A stretch of 64,000 nt of DNA from Candidatus Bathyarchaeota archaeon. GTDB lineage: Archaea > Thermoproteota > Bathyarchaeia > 40CM-2-53-6. The translations under genes and the position numbers were made by a program. How positions within the stretch are numbered: position 1 is the first letter of the stretch; each line of letters opens with the position of its first letter. Below the pieces are notes generated by a model. That model was not told the origin of the DNA. It ran no database searches and saw only the letters and a list, made by a program, of their open reading frames with translations. Positions 28,685 through 39,990 of the stretch are shown piece after piece. The stretch spans positions 96,001 to 160,000 of the forward strand of contig CAWHWX010000001.1 in NCBI GenBank assembly GCA_963833125.1, read 5' to 3'.

Positions 28685-28712
28685 GGGGCGGCGCACCATT
28701 AATACCACGCAC
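28685..28712 (-). repeat. 28-bp dispersed repeat copy
   Basis: Minus strand GTGCGTGGTAT-TAATGG-TGCGCCGCCCC; outer arm ACTTTTACCGACGACGG on +. Confidence 0.75.
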
Positions 28713-28799
28713 ACTTTTACCGACGACGGACGGACGACGACAAAGTTGAATATCTTATCATAAGAGTTAGGATCCTGCGTGTCTGCAGAAGTAATGAAC

Positions 28800-29288
28800 A
28801 TGATACAAAAAATAACTCCATTTCTATGGTTCGATGGCCAGGCCGAAGAAGCAGCGATATTTTACGTTTCCATTTTCAAGAATTCAAAAATTCTGAATGT
28901 TTCCCGCTACACCGAGGTGGGAAATGAAGTCCATGGGCGAGAGCCTGGGTCAGTTATGATTGTGGAGTTCCAGTTGGAGGGACAAAGGTTCATCGCACTC
29001 AATGGTGGGCCGCAGTTCAAGTTCACCGAGGCCGTATCGTTCTCCGTGGACTGTAAGACCCAAGAGGAAGTTGACCGTTTCTGGAAGAAGCTCTCTGAAG
29101 GCGGAGAGGAAGGGCCGTGCGGCTGGTTGAAAGATAAATACGGATTGTCGTGGCAGATCAATCCCACCATCTTAGGCGAATTATTGGGGGACAAGGACGC
29201 CGAGAAAGCGGGAAGAGTTATGGACGCAATGCTCAAGATGAAAAAGATCGACATCGCGGCGCTGAGAAAGGCGTACAAGGGACGATAG
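28800..29288 (+). CDS. VOC family protein (PhnB/3-demethylubiquinone-9 3-methyltransferase-like)
   Basis: [17 protein letters not shown]...ALNGGP.F.F.EAVSF...[14 protein letters not shown]. Confidence 0.92.
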   Translation: MIQKITPFLWFDGQAEEAAIFYVSIFKNSKILNVSRYTEVGNEVHGREPGSVMIVEFQLEGQRFIALNGGPQFKFTEAVSFSVDCKTQEEVDRFWKKLSEGGEEGPCGWLKDKYGLSWQINPTILGELLGDKDAEKAGRVMDAMLKMKKIDIAALRKAYKGR

Positions 29289-29386
29289 TATAAGAGCGAA
29301 GTAACCCAACATCAGGAGGTCCGTCGAAGGAGGGTCCCTCGACAGGTCCCTCCCCCCCGGTTTACCAGGGTGTTCGTTTAGTGTGC

Positions 29387-29414
29387 GTGTGCGCGCACCA
29401 TTAGTACCCCACAC
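29387..29414 (-). repeat. Last 28-bp repeat copy of the array
   Basis: Minus strand GTGTGGGGTAC-TAATGG-TGCGCGCACAC, enclosed by GTTTAGTGTG...CACACTAAAC. Confidence 0.85.
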
Positions 29415-29526
29415 ACACTAAACCCGCCTACTAGACGAGTCTCAAATTGAACGCTGGCTTCCCAACATTAGGCCTTAGATTACAGCTACCGGAGAAGCGG
29501 AGGAAAATTCTCCCAGCAACTCTACC

Positions 29527-30892
29527 TCATTGGACTAGTTTTGGGACTTCGATGTGGGTTGGTTCGTAGTCTTGGAGCTTGCCGGCTAGGAAGGCGTCGT
29601 ATGCTTGAAGGTCGAGTAGGCCGTGTCCGCAGTTGTTGAACGCTATCACTTTCTTCTCTCCGGATTTCTTGCAGCGTAAGGCTTCATCAATCGCATATTT
29701 CACAACGTGCGCCGTTTCCGGCGCTGTTAGCATGCCCTTCTGTTCGTGCTAGGGTTCGTGCGGCTTCGAAGACTTCGGTTTGTGAGTAGGCAACGGAACT
29801 CATGTAACCCTTGTTGATCAGGTAACAGAGCGACGGCGCTTTCCCATGGTAACGGAGTCCGCCTGCGTGGATTGGGGGCGGTTGATACTTGTGGCCAACA
29901 GTGTACATTTTGATTAACGGTGTCATCTCAGCCGTGTCACCGAAATCGTAGGTGTAGACGCCGCGGGTTGTTGATGGGACGGCTTTCGGTTCACAGGCAA
30001 CGTATTCAGTTTCGGATTTGCCTTTCAATTTATCAGCCATGAACGGGTATGCAAATCCAGCGAAATTCGATCCGCCACCAATGCAACCACAGATCAAGTC
30101 CGGGGTAACGTCTATCATTTCGAATTGCTTCTTCGCCTCCTGCCCAATAATCGTCTGGTGTAGGAGGACGTGGTTGAGGACTGAGCCGAGACAGTATTTC
30201 GTATCCTCGTGACTTACGCAGTCTTCGATGGCTTCGCTTATCGCCATGCCCAATGACCCAGTGTTATTGGGATCCGATTCGAGGACCGATCTACCGTATT
30301 TTGTATTCTTGCTAGGCGAAGCAACCACATCAGCACCCATCGTCTCCATCATCGTCCTTCTTCCCGGTTTCTGGTCGTAGCTCGCGCGAACCATGTAGAC
30401 ACTACACTTCAAACCAAAAATCGCCGAGGCCATAGCTAAGGCGGAACCCCACTGTCCTGCGCCGGTTTCTGTTACGAGGCGTTTGGTTCCCTCGGCCATG
30501 TTGTAGTAGGCTTGCGCTATTGCGGTGTTGGGCTTGTGACTGCCTGTGGGGTTGACGTATTCACATTTGTAGTAAATCTCGGCGGGTGTGTTCAGAAACT
30601 TCTCAAGCCTCCGCGCTCGAATTAACGGCGTGGGACGCGGGAGGCGCAGGTACGCATCGTAGATTTCGTCGGGGATCTTGATGAAACGTTCAGCGGAGAC
30701 TTCCTGCATGACGACTTCTTTCGCGAAAAGTCGCAGCAATGGTTCAGGCGACATGGGCTTCAAAGTTCCCGGATCTAGAGGCGGAGGTAGCTGCTCGGGA
30801 AGGTCTGCAAGAATATTGTACCAGTGGGTTGGCATTTCATCTTGGGGCAGGTAGACTGCATGTTCTTTGTCGATAGAGCCTGGTTTACTCAT
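29527..30892 (-). CDS. trpB2: TrpB-like PLP-dependent enzyme (TrpB2), frameshift near C-terminus
   Basis: GSHKPNTA, TETGAGQWG, GGGSNFAG, IHAGGLRYHG, APETAH, GHGLLD. Confidence 0.92.
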
Positions 30893-30988
30893 GAGTGCAC
30901 TATCCTGTTGATTGATGTCGCTCTGAAGCTTCATAGCAGCATTTAAGACTTCGTTGCACAAATATGTACGTCATAGGTTCGACTGCTA

Positions 30989-31494
30989 ATGTGGAGGCAA
31001 ATCTCCGACAAACTCAAAGAATATCCCGGACGGCAGAAGGTCGCAAGAGCCCTAGTAGAATCCGGGTTGGCCATCAAGGAAGGCAACAAGATCTACTGTG
31101 GAGGCATCGAACTCTCGGACGTCAAGATCGCCCGATTCCTAGACGTCGATCGAAGGACCGTAAGGGATACAGCACAACTCATAACCTCAGACCCCGGAAC
31201 TCAAGTCTGTTTTTGAAAAGCTCAAACCTGCAGGCCCTTTCCTAGCCGACGTCGCTAAATTTCTCGGCTACAGTGTAATCGAAATCTACCGCGGACCCTC
31301 ACACCGTTGGCGTCGTGGCATCGGCCGCGGCCTTAGTTGCGAAAGAAAACATCGCCATCAGACAAGCAGTAGCTGACGACCCCGACCTCACCCCGGAACC
31401 AAAGCTAACCCTAGTCGTTGAGAAACAGCCTAGCGGTACAACGCTCCAGAAACTACTCAAGATCCCTGGCGTCATCAAGATTTCGACGTACTAA
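30989..31494 (+). CDS. ACT-domain-containing regulator (COG2150-like), split by indels
   Basis: IYCGGIELSDVKIARFLDVDRRTV; downstream frame IAIRQAVADDPDL.PEPKLT. Confidence 0.75.
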
Positions 31495-31994
31495 CCGCTT
31501 GTCCGAATCTCTCGCTGTGCACTATTTCGCTTAACGGTTTACGATTCTTCTTTCCCTTCGCCTTTGGTTCAATCGGATAGCCAAACGGCATAACCGTAAC
31601 CAGTTTCATCCTCTGAGGCGCACCAAGCAAGTCTTTCACTCCGTCATCATAGAAATTGGTGACCCAACACGAACCAATCCCCATGTCCCACGCCTCAAGT
31701 ACCATGTTCTGAACCGCACGCGCACCATCAATCTCAGGAAGCTTTGCTTGGTCCATCAGAATTGCGATTGCCAGCGGTGCCTTTGCGATGTGTTCGCCGG
31801 TAGGCGTCAATTCGGAGATCTTCTTGAGCGTTACCTTATCTCTGATTACTATGAAATGCCAAGGTTGCGAGTTCTTGGAACTCGGGGCTAGGCGACCTGC
31901 CTCTAGGATTCGTTGGAGGCTTTCGTCAGGGATCGGCTTGTCTAGGTAATCTCGGATCTTCGCGGCGCGTTCTGATGCAGGTGAAAGTATCCAT
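31475..31994 (-). CDS. Nitroreductase family protein
   Basis: ILEAGRLAPSSKNSQPW, QNMVLEAWDMGIGSCW; MDTFTCIRTRR start joins via an indel. Confidence 0.9.
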
Positions 31995-32011
31995 GACAAT
32001 CCTGCGATGGT

Positions 32012-32463
32012 TCACTGTACCTTCTGTGAATTCTTCTCTATGATCTGCCACAGTTCCTCTTCAAGAGTGCCGGCGTGCTGCGGCCGTTCCACGAATCGTC
32101 CAATTTCTCGCCATGCTCGGTCGTGAACTATTACGGTAGGTATTCGCAGAACTCTCATTTCATCAGCAATGTCCCGGTTCTCATCAAAATCTATCACCTT
32201 AACGTTCAAGGCAGCGTTGTTCGCCGCCATGAAAACTTTGGCCAAATCCGGTAGTTGTGCCCTACATTCCGCGTTCCATTCTGTGGCGAAAACAACAAAG
32301 AAGAATCGATCTGTTAAGCTCGAAAACTTCTCAATCACAGCAGATTGGGTTGGTATTCTTGAACACGTTTCTTAACCGTCCCTTTCACGGTTTGGTTTTT
32401 GATGTTATTGATGTAGTCCCGTAGGCCAGGGTAGGGGCCGATAACGTTTCGGAGAAGCGACAA
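32012..32463 (-). CDS. Thioredoxin-fold protein (frameshifted)
   Basis: FATEWNAEC...RIPTVIV...EIGRFVERP; single Cys at the CxxC position. Confidence 0.7.
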
Positions 32464-32644
32464 GTGGTCTACCTACTCGGAGTGTTTAGCTTAATCTATG
32501 AGAAGAAAAACGGTGGCGTCATACGGACTGCATAGTCTCCATTCTGTTGTCCGATTTCCACATGCTAATGGCTGGTTCAATAGGTTATTAGATTTTCGGC
32601 GTACGTTGATGGTGACTTTGCATGGAACATAGACTCGTTGCCGC

Positions 32645-34624
32645 CTAGGATGCGTTGGCCAGCAGGGCTTTTTTGGCAATTAACTCAAACTTGCCATTCC
32701 CAGCCAATTTCTTCGCTACTCCGTAAACTTCGATCTCTCTTCCTATTACCTTCGAAAATTGTTCTTTGCTCAGCGGCATCTCGTATTCATGATTCTTGAC
32801 CATTTGATACTTGATGTCAGCAAGGTTCAAGATCGGCAGGGCCTGCTCATCGAGATCGGAGAAAACTACATCGGCTACACCTGTTCCGTCATCAATTCGC
32901 ACTCGTCCCGTGAGCACAAACCTTCCAGATCGTGGCTTTTTGCAAGATTCGCACCTATACTCATTTTCAGAAGTCCTCAACGACGATCCACAGATTTCGC
33001 ATAAGGCAACTAGCTTGGGGGCTTCAACTACTTCAAGCACCATACCCTTTACCCAGGTACTTAGTTCCGGTTCCAGAGCAATGACGTGTCTTATGTCCTC
33101 CCAGGCAGGTTTTTCCTTTACAATCTCATCAAGAACCTCGATTCGGGAGAGAGGGATTGAACTCAATTCGAAATCTCCGGTCAGTCCAGTCCGAACCTTG
33201 AGCCCTTGAATTCTCACATGCAAGCCCGTACGGAGCTTTAGAACATCCGCGGCTTGGTCTCGCCAGAAAGTAACTCTGGAGGAACTCGAGCCGTCTCGAA
33301 GAGTAAATGAGGAGAGGTTTATCGTTTCACCCTTTTCTGTGACCACCTGCCTGGATAATGGTTGATCACTCACTGAACCCTCCACGGTAACGAGCCCTTT
33401 CGATTGCTGGAGGGTGTTTAAGCTGGTAACAGGTCTAAGCTCTACCGATTTCCCCGAGGTCTTCTGCAGTGCGCCTGACCTGCCTAAACTCAGCATAATT
33501 TCTCCCATTCTTTCGCGAACCGAGACTCCCTTAACTTCAATGACGTCGCCCTCTGCAAGGTCGTTTACGAGCAGTGCTTTTTCGTCCCATAGCGAGAGGG
33601 AAACCATCCCAGATTCGTCCTCAACTATGAGCCTAGCCACTTTGACCGTCTCGCCGGTCTGCCTCTTAATTTCCTGAGGCAGTCCTTTCGCGAGGACACG
33701 GACATAAAGGTCCGCGGATCCTGTTTGATCATTCAGGTCTGCAATCTTGTAGGACTTAGTGCCGGGGATCTTGAGATAGTCGGGCGCGGATTTTAGCAGT
33801 TGAATTTGGCTTCTGCTCTCGACGTGTAATTCGAGTCGGGAGTTTTTGTCGAGACGCACTCGGCCATTCATCATCTGGACTATGTTCCCATTCTTCACCT
33901 CCCTCAATTCCTCAGCCCTCTCATTCCAAGCAACAAGTGGAATGCTTCCAGATTCATCAGCAACTATCGTTCTGAGTACACTCCCCGTTCTTTCTTCCTT
34001 CGCGAATGTGTAGTACCTGGGCTCCATCTGGACAACACCTATCGCGTTCACCTGGCTCGCGCCCTCAGTCAGTTTTCCGAGTGGAGTGAAGAGATCTCCG
34101 AATTCTGGCAAATCAGCCTTGGGCATGTCCGTGGGGTCAATCTGTATGCTGCTTCGTTCACCTGCATGAATCTCTGTGTCTCCGGATAATCCCTGTCGCG
34201 TGTAGGCATGTCCAATTCTCAACACCCGTCCCTGCAGATTACCGGCCCGAGAAAGTACGTCAACATGCTTGTCCCATATCGCGCAACGAGCGCGATCAGA
34301 TTTGTCTGCGATGAGAATTCGCATGACGCGCCCTGGGGTTCCATCTCGTCTTTGGAATTGTTGTGGTGGCCACGTCATCAGGACTCGTCCAGAGATGTTC
34401 ACGTCATTCAATCCGGAAACGAGGTCTTTCACTTGCATGTGTCCGAGGTCCGATCCGCGGGTTTGTATAAGAAGCTCTTCCGCGACTAACCTCGCGGCAC
34501 CTTCGTCTGAAAGCAATCCGCGGCCTTCCTTCTTCTTCTCCTCGATCAAAGCGAGGATCTGTTCAGGTGAAAGCTCGCGGCGTTTGGCGAGTATATCCTC
34601 GACTATAGTTTGGACGATGGACAA
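32645..34624 (-). CDS. rpa: Replication protein A (multi-OB-fold ssDNA-binding protein with Zn ribbon)
   Basis: LSDEGAA.LVA, repeated D.SG.I.L..W OB motifs, CEICG...CESC, RIDDGTG. Confidence 0.88.
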   Translation of the reverse strand: MSIVQTIVEDILAKRRELSPEQILALIEEKKKEGRGLLSDEGAARLVAEELLIQTRGSDLGHMQVKDLVSGLNDVNISGRVLMTWPPQQFQRRDGTPGRVMRILIADKSDRARCAIWDKHVDVLSRAGNLQGRVLRIGHAYTRQGLSGDTEIHAGERSSIQIDPTDMPKADLPEFGDLFTPLGKLTEGASQVNAIGVVQMEPRYYTFAKEERTGSVLRTIVADESGSIPLVAWNERAEELREVKNGNIVQMMNGRVRLDKNSRLELHVESRSQIQLLKSAPDYLKIPGTKSYKIADLNDQTGSADLYVRVLAKGLPQEIKRQTGETVKVARLIVEDESGMVSLSLWDEKALLVNDLAEGDVIEVKGVSVRERMGEIMLSLGRSGALQKTSGKSVELRPVTSLNTLQQSKGLVTVEGSVSDQPLSRQVVTEKGETINLSSFTLRDGSSSSRVTFWRDQAADVLKLRTGLHVRIQGLKVRTGLTGDFELSSIPLSRIEVLDEIVKEKPAWEDIRHVIALEPELSTWVKGMVLEVVEAPKLVALCEICGSSLRTSENEYRCESCKKPRSGRFVLTGRVRIDDGTGVADVVFSDLDEQALPILNLADIKYQMVKNHEYEMPLSKEQFSKVIGREIEVYGVAKKLAGNGKFELIAKKALLANAS

Positions 34625-34877
34625 AGGTTCGTTCGCCTTACAGCAGATTCACTCCAGGAAGTTGACCAGAAATTAACTAAATCCTCTCGTAGCGCCTTTC
34701 ACCGGGCATAACAATCAATGTCCTCATTTCTGCAGTGAAGCACATTAAAATCTTCACTCATTCGCTGAACCAAGCGCCATATACGCATATGGGAAATAGG
34801 TTTCGTTCCACCGAGGGCAACGGGAGGGACCGTAACGAATTCAAGGTTGTCCGACGTAATCTTCCTTGATTCGACCT

Positions 34878-35135
34878 ATGGAAGCTCCGTACACTAAGGT
34901 GGGTCGCATCGAACACTTCTACTCGAAAGCAAGCGTAGCTATTGTGGAAGTCACATCAGCGCTCAAGCAGGGGGATAAGATAACGATTCGAGGTAGCACT
35001 ACGAAGGTTGATCAAACGGTGGACTCAATGGAGGTTGAACATAAACAGGTTCCCCTCGCCGAAGCTGGACAGCGGGTCGGCCTCAAGGTAGCGGGTCGAG
35101 TCCGAGAGAACGATATCGTATACAAAGTGGCATAA
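34878..35135 (+). CDS. Small beta-barrel 'translation elongation factor-like' protein
   Basis: VGRIEHFYSKASVA...GDKI.I.G.TT...Q.V.SM....GQRVG.KV..RVRE.D.VY. Confidence 0.75.
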   Translation: MEAPYTKVGRIEHFYSKASVAIVEVTSALKQGDKITIRGSTTKVDQTVDSMEVEHKQVPLAEAGQRVGLKVAGRVRENDIVYKVA

Positions 35136-35184
35136 GGTTAGAATAGCCCGTTACTGAGTAACGAACGAATAAGGTGCAAGAATC

Positions 35185-35508
35185 TTGGCGGACGTCACAA
35201 TCGAAGGAACCGTACTAGTCGTTACACCCATACAATCCTCGCAGGGTAGACCTATGGTGCAGATGCAATTGGGCGATACGATCAAGGGACCCGTCACGAT
35301 GCCTCTGGACATGGACCGGGAAATGGCCGGGGTTACGATTGCGGTTCAGAGGGTACTTACACAACTGCCGGGCGTCGGCCAGCAACTTGGAACCCCGCGC
35401 CTAATCGTCACCCTAACCGAAGAAGAGTACCAAGAATTAGGGCGCCCGCGGTATCCTGATCACTTGTCGATAACGTTGAAAGTGATCATCCTAACCAGTC
35501 TAACATAG
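35185..35508 (+). CDS. Hypothetical protein, possibly arcadin-1-like
   Basis: QLPG...PRLIVTLTEEEYQELG motif; resemblance recalled, not searched. Confidence 0.45.
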   Translation: MADVTIEGTVLVVTPIQSSQGRPMVQMQLGDTIKGPVTMPLDMDREMAGVTIAVQRVLTQLPGVGQQLGTPRLIVTLTEEEYQELGRPRYPDHLSITLKVIILTSLT

Positions 35509-35518
35509 CTGAACGTTT

Positions 35519-38371
35519 TCAGTCCCAGAACAACCTGGTTCTCGCGTATTCCCGTTCGGCTTTCAGAATGTCCAAGTATAGGTCTTCCTCTGTCCGGTGA
35601 ACCTTTCTAAGAATCCGGGTCGCCGTTGTCGGGCCTACGCCCCGCCCACTCAGAACGACAACCGCCTCTCTACCTTTCGTCTGGACCAAACTGGCGCTAA
35701 AGCAGGCTTGTCTCCACACATGGTCTTCCTCCGGCGTCAACTTCGAGTTTCTTTTCTTCTTCTTCACCACCTTCACGAGCTGATCATTCCGTGGATAAGT
35801 CGCAGCGATAAGGGTCGATCCACATTTGGGACAACGGATCTTCTGCCCTATCTGATCGACCACCCTTATCGCGTCCCAATCACCATTGAAGATGCAGACC
35901 AAACGGACTGTTTCCGATAAGAGACGCTCTCGAACAATGTCAGTCAGCGGCTTCGAAGGAACTACGGGTCTGAGTAAGTCATGCGGGATTATCTTGTCGA
36001 CAATCGGTGTAGCGAAAGGAGAGCACGTGTCGGCTTTTTCTGTGACTACGTCGACTCCAATTTCCCTGTTCAGGATCTTCGCAACTGTTTCTTGAGTAGT
36101 TGGTAGGTCGAATTTTTCGAGAAGAACCTCTCTATTCGTTTCAGTGTTGACCGGTGTTTGCTTCATCGCACGTACTAGCATCCGCGCACGGTTTGTTTTG
36201 TAGTCGGCTTTCCTTTCTATGACACCGAAGCGTCGGGCTACGTGCCAATGTCGCCATGCGAAGAGGTCTGAATTCTGGAGGGCCTCCACGAGAATATTCT
36301 CAACATCTTCTGGGGTGAACTTCAGAAGTTCAAGGGCCACAGTTTCCGGTTCGATTTTGAAGGGACATATGAGCGCTATGCGGTATGGGTCGGTTTGGGT
36401 TAGTACGTTCACTCCATATTTCGAGCTGAGTAGGGAGGCGAGTATCATTGCTAGGGTGTCGTTAACCGTACTACCAAAACACGCGTGGATGATAATGCAG
36501 TTCTCGAATTTCTCGATAATGATGCGCCGATCTGACGGTAATTGTGAATGTTTCAGCTCGGCGCTTATGGTTTCGGTGATCTTGACCAGGGCCTCTTCGT
36601 TAAGTTGGAGTTGCTGCTGTATCTTTCTCAGTTCTTCGGGTTGATCGATCGACCGAAGCTATCTGGGCTCTCAACCTGCCGACTTCTTGAGCCGTTTCAA
36701 AGCTAACTGGAATGATTTCTCCCTCCCAGCTCGGAATAGCGTCAAGTGTGGGAGCCGTGGGCTCTACTTCGACCGAGAGTTTCTCTTCGTTTACGTTGAT
36801 GATCTTCCAGGTTTGTCCATGGATGATGAAGATCGTGCCCCCTTTACACTTCCTGGACACGAATCCTTGATCCAGCGTCCCAATTCGGCGTTTCCTGAAG
36901 AAGTCGAAGACATCGAATCTCTTCACGTCAGGGATGACGGAGAGGTTTTCGTAGTAATAGTCGGAAGGTTCTCGGGTAACGGGCTGATACCACATCGTCG
37001 ATGAGTCTGATTATTCTGATTGAGTCGAGAAACTTTACGAAATCATGTAACTCTTCGCCGTGTGAAGTTGCGATAGGAGTAACAGTGTTGGATGATCTCG
37101 TAGATGTCGGCGAGTTTGGCTCTCTTCAAATCGAGTGCGATGCCGGCTATTTGATGTGCCAATACATCGAGAGCGTTGTCGTGTATTGCTGTCTTCTCAA
37201 TTTTCGCGGCTTTGGCGTTGGCGGCCAACACGGCCGCTTCCAAGAGATCGTCGGCCCATGCGCCTATGATCGTTCCCTGGGCGAGGCCTCGTAAAGTATG
37301 GCCGCTCCGGCCGATTCTTTGAATTAAACGCGTGGACATCCTGGGCGACATGTACTGGACAATATAGTCCACCCTGCCAATATCCATCCCCAGCTCCAGC
37401 GAAGACGTGCAAATTACGCCCTTCAGCGACCCGTCGTGGAAAGCCTTCTCAACCTCTTCCCGAATTTCACGTGAAAGTGATCCATGGTGGACGCGTATCG
37501 GTAACTCCGGCTTCAAAGCACGTAGCTGCGACCCCACCGCTTCTGCTTGTTCGCGTGTATTCGTGAAAACTAGTGTCGACCGTTTGTCTGCAATTATCTC
37601 CCCGATTCTCTTCGATCTCGCAATAGTTGTTGGAGGTAATCCGAACTTATCGGCATCCTTGGCGTCTTCGGGATTCGGGGTGACGTACTCGATCCCAATC
37701 TGGACTTGTCGGAGTTCAGCTGATTTCGCAACCGTCACGCTTCGGTTTGTCCCTACCAGAAACTGGCCGACCTTATCTTCCTCACCCACGGTCGCGGAAA
37801 GCCCTATTCTTTGAAAACTACGCCCAGCAAGGTGCTCTAATCGTTCTAACGCTAATGCTAGTTGGATACCTCGTTTGTCCGTAGCAAGTTCATGAATCTC
37901 ATCAACCACAACCCACATGACACCTTTCAGATGCTCCCGCATCCTCTTACCCGGAAGAATCGCTTGCAGAGTCTCGGGCGTAGTAACCAGCATCTCGGGT
38001 GGTGATCTTGCTTGCGCGGCTCGAGCGCTGGTGGTGGTATCCCCGTGCCTAACTTGGACTTTGATGTCCAACTCTTTCCCAATGTCCGTAAGTCTACGAA
38101 CAATGTCCCGGTTTAGCGCTCTCAACGGAGTGACATAGAGTATCGAGATCCCTCTCGTTTCACCAGCAGACCGACGCTCAATGAACATGTTGAAGATCGG
38201 GAGGACGCATGCAAGCGTTTTCCCGGTTCCTGTAGGGGCGATCACGAGAACGTTTCGACCCTCAAGTATGGGAGGTATGGCGATTTGCTGTATGTCGCTC
38301 GGCTCTTCTAACCCAATACTCTCTAGGTGGGCGCGGATAGGCCGGTGCAATTGCGCGAACGAATTCTCCAT
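35519..38371 (-). CDS. lhr: Lhr-family DEAD/DEAH helicase with C-terminal Zn ribbon (several indels)
   Basis: APTGTGKT, TPLRALNRD, DEIHE, LSAT, TSSLELG, QRIGRSGH, IPSWEGE, CPKCGS; split over at least three ORFs. Confidence 0.88.
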
Positions 38372-38642
38372 CAACCAACTCACCCTACACTATGCAGGCT
38401 CCAAGCCCGCTACCCGTTACCACCAATCGAAAACTGTCTAATCCTGTACTCTGCGGAACAATCATCCTGTTTACGCAGAAGGTTTCTCGTAGGCTAAGTA
38501 TACGAAGATTACAATTACGGCTACGAACGCCAGGAATGTTATGCCGATCTGGAGGAGTCCCCAGAACTCATCAGTTGTCAAGATTCTAACGCACGCCTGT
38601 CGCTAGAAAGGAAATGCCCATTTAAAAAGTACTCAGTCGGAT

Positions 38643-39065
38643 TTAGTACCCGTATCTCTCGCGCGCCATCGATCCGTGACGGTTGAATATTGTGAATCGC
38701 TGTGTTGCGATCTTCTCATACTTACCGAGGGCCGCTGCGATACGTTGGGCGATTATGTGATAACACAAGCCCCGCTTCCGATCCATTACTCGGAAGTAGT
38801 AATCGTCACAATAGCAGAAGGGTATGTCAGGCATGACCTGGTATTGGCTTGTTCTACCCTGAACAACCCACACCGCCCGTCCACTAGGATTAAAGTCGTA
38901 TCGCGTCACCTTCTTTGAATTTGCAAGCTCCCAGCCGTTAGTGAATCGCTCTCCCAACACTTTCTTCAACGACTCACTAAGTTGCGCGGAAAGTTCCTTA
39001 CCCGATTCAAGTTCACTGTAAGCCTTATCCATCAACTCCTTCTCTTGATGGAAAGCAGTTGACAT
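38643..39065 (-). CDS. SWIM zinc-finger protein
   Basis: WVVQG...Y.V....FCYC.D......LCYHIIA. Confidence 0.75.
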   Translation of the reverse strand: MSTAFHQEKELMDKAYSELESGKELSAQLSESLKKVLGERFTNGWELANSKKVTRYDFNPSGRAVWVVQGRTSQYQVMPDIPFCYCDDYYFRVMDRKRGLCYHIIAQRIAAALGKYEKIATQRFTIFNRHGSMARERYGY

Positions 39066-39292
39066 CTTAATTCCAACAACAATGAAACTCGGTGACGACT
39101 CGAATTCTAGAGGCTTCTTTCTCTGAATTCCCTCTATTTATTGACCGAGTATTGATCGATTCTCAACGCGTCCTCGCTAACGTCAGGAAACGTTTTTAAG
39201 TTGTCCCGCTTGGGATTACCCACTCGCGCTAGAAACTTATTCTGCGCGTCGCCTTGTGCTCCGGAATATGTTTTCGGAGGAAAAACAAACTC

Positions 39293-39952
39293 ATGTACCA
39301 CGAACAGAAGAACAATAATCCGAATATGCCGAAATACGTACTGACAGGAACAACCACGATGGGCCTTGTCTGTAGTGATGGAATAGTTCTAGGAACCGAC
39401 ACTCGCGCCACGCTCGGAACATTCGTAGCCCACAAACGAGCTAAGAAGGTCTACCAAATCGACGACCACGTCGCCATGACAATAGCAGGGGGCGTTGCAG
39501 ATGCGCAGAGCGTTGTCCAGACGCTAAGTGCAAATGCGAAACTCTACAAGTACGAAAAAGGGCTGCCCATGCCGATCCCTGCCATAGCACGCCTAGCAGC
39601 CAACTTACTGTTCTCCGCTCGATACTATCCATTCATACTTCAATCCATAATTGGCGGAATGGATGATAGCGGCACTCACATATTCGCTCTCGACCCACTC
39701 GGTAGCGTAACCGAAGAAAAATTCGTGTCAACTGGCTCCGGATCGCCCGTAGCTTACGGTGTACTCGAGCCCGGTTACAAGGAAGGCATGTCCATCAGTG
39801 AGGCCATACCGCTGGTGGTTCGCGCAGTAACTTCCGCGATGAAACGTGACTCAGCTAGCGGCGACAGTTTTGACGTCGCCGTCATAACGAAAGAAGGGTA
39901 CAGAGAATTAAGCGAGGACGAGAAAAAGAAACTGGCCATACCAGCCAGCTAA
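39293..39952 (+). CDS. psmB: Proteasome subunit beta
   Basis: Propeptide then G|TTT, GSGS, RDSASGD. Confidence 0.96.
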   Translation: MYHEQKNNNPNMPKYVLTGTTTMGLVCSDGIVLGTDTRATLGTFVAHKRAKKVYQIDDHVAMTIAGGVADAQSVVQTLSANAKLYKYEKGLPMPIPAIARLAANLLFSARYYPFILQSIIGGMDDSGTHIFALDPLGSVTEEKFVSTGSGSPVAYGVLEPGYKEGMSISEAIPLVVRAVTSAMKRDSASGDSFDVAVITKEGYRELSEDEKKKLAIPAS

Positions 39953-39990
39953 GCGCCCGTAATGAGAATTCTAAGTAACTAAACTTCAAG

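Noticed and set aside
216-29414. Repeats as a CRISPR array
   Set aside because: Copies are separated by whole genes, occur in both orientations and are too degenerate. No cas genes are present.
216-29414. Repeats as canonical integron attC sites
   Set aside because: There are no consistent RYYYAAC/GTTRRRY ends, the cargo and sites are not co-oriented, and no intI is visible. The analogy is architectural only.
216-29414. Repeats as simple (GT)n/(CA)n microsatellites or transcription-factor operators
   Set aside because: The fixed internal GGTC-NNN-TGGTGCGCAC and constant spacing exclude microsatellites. Copies between convergent stop codons argue against operators. A REP-like role is not fully excluded.
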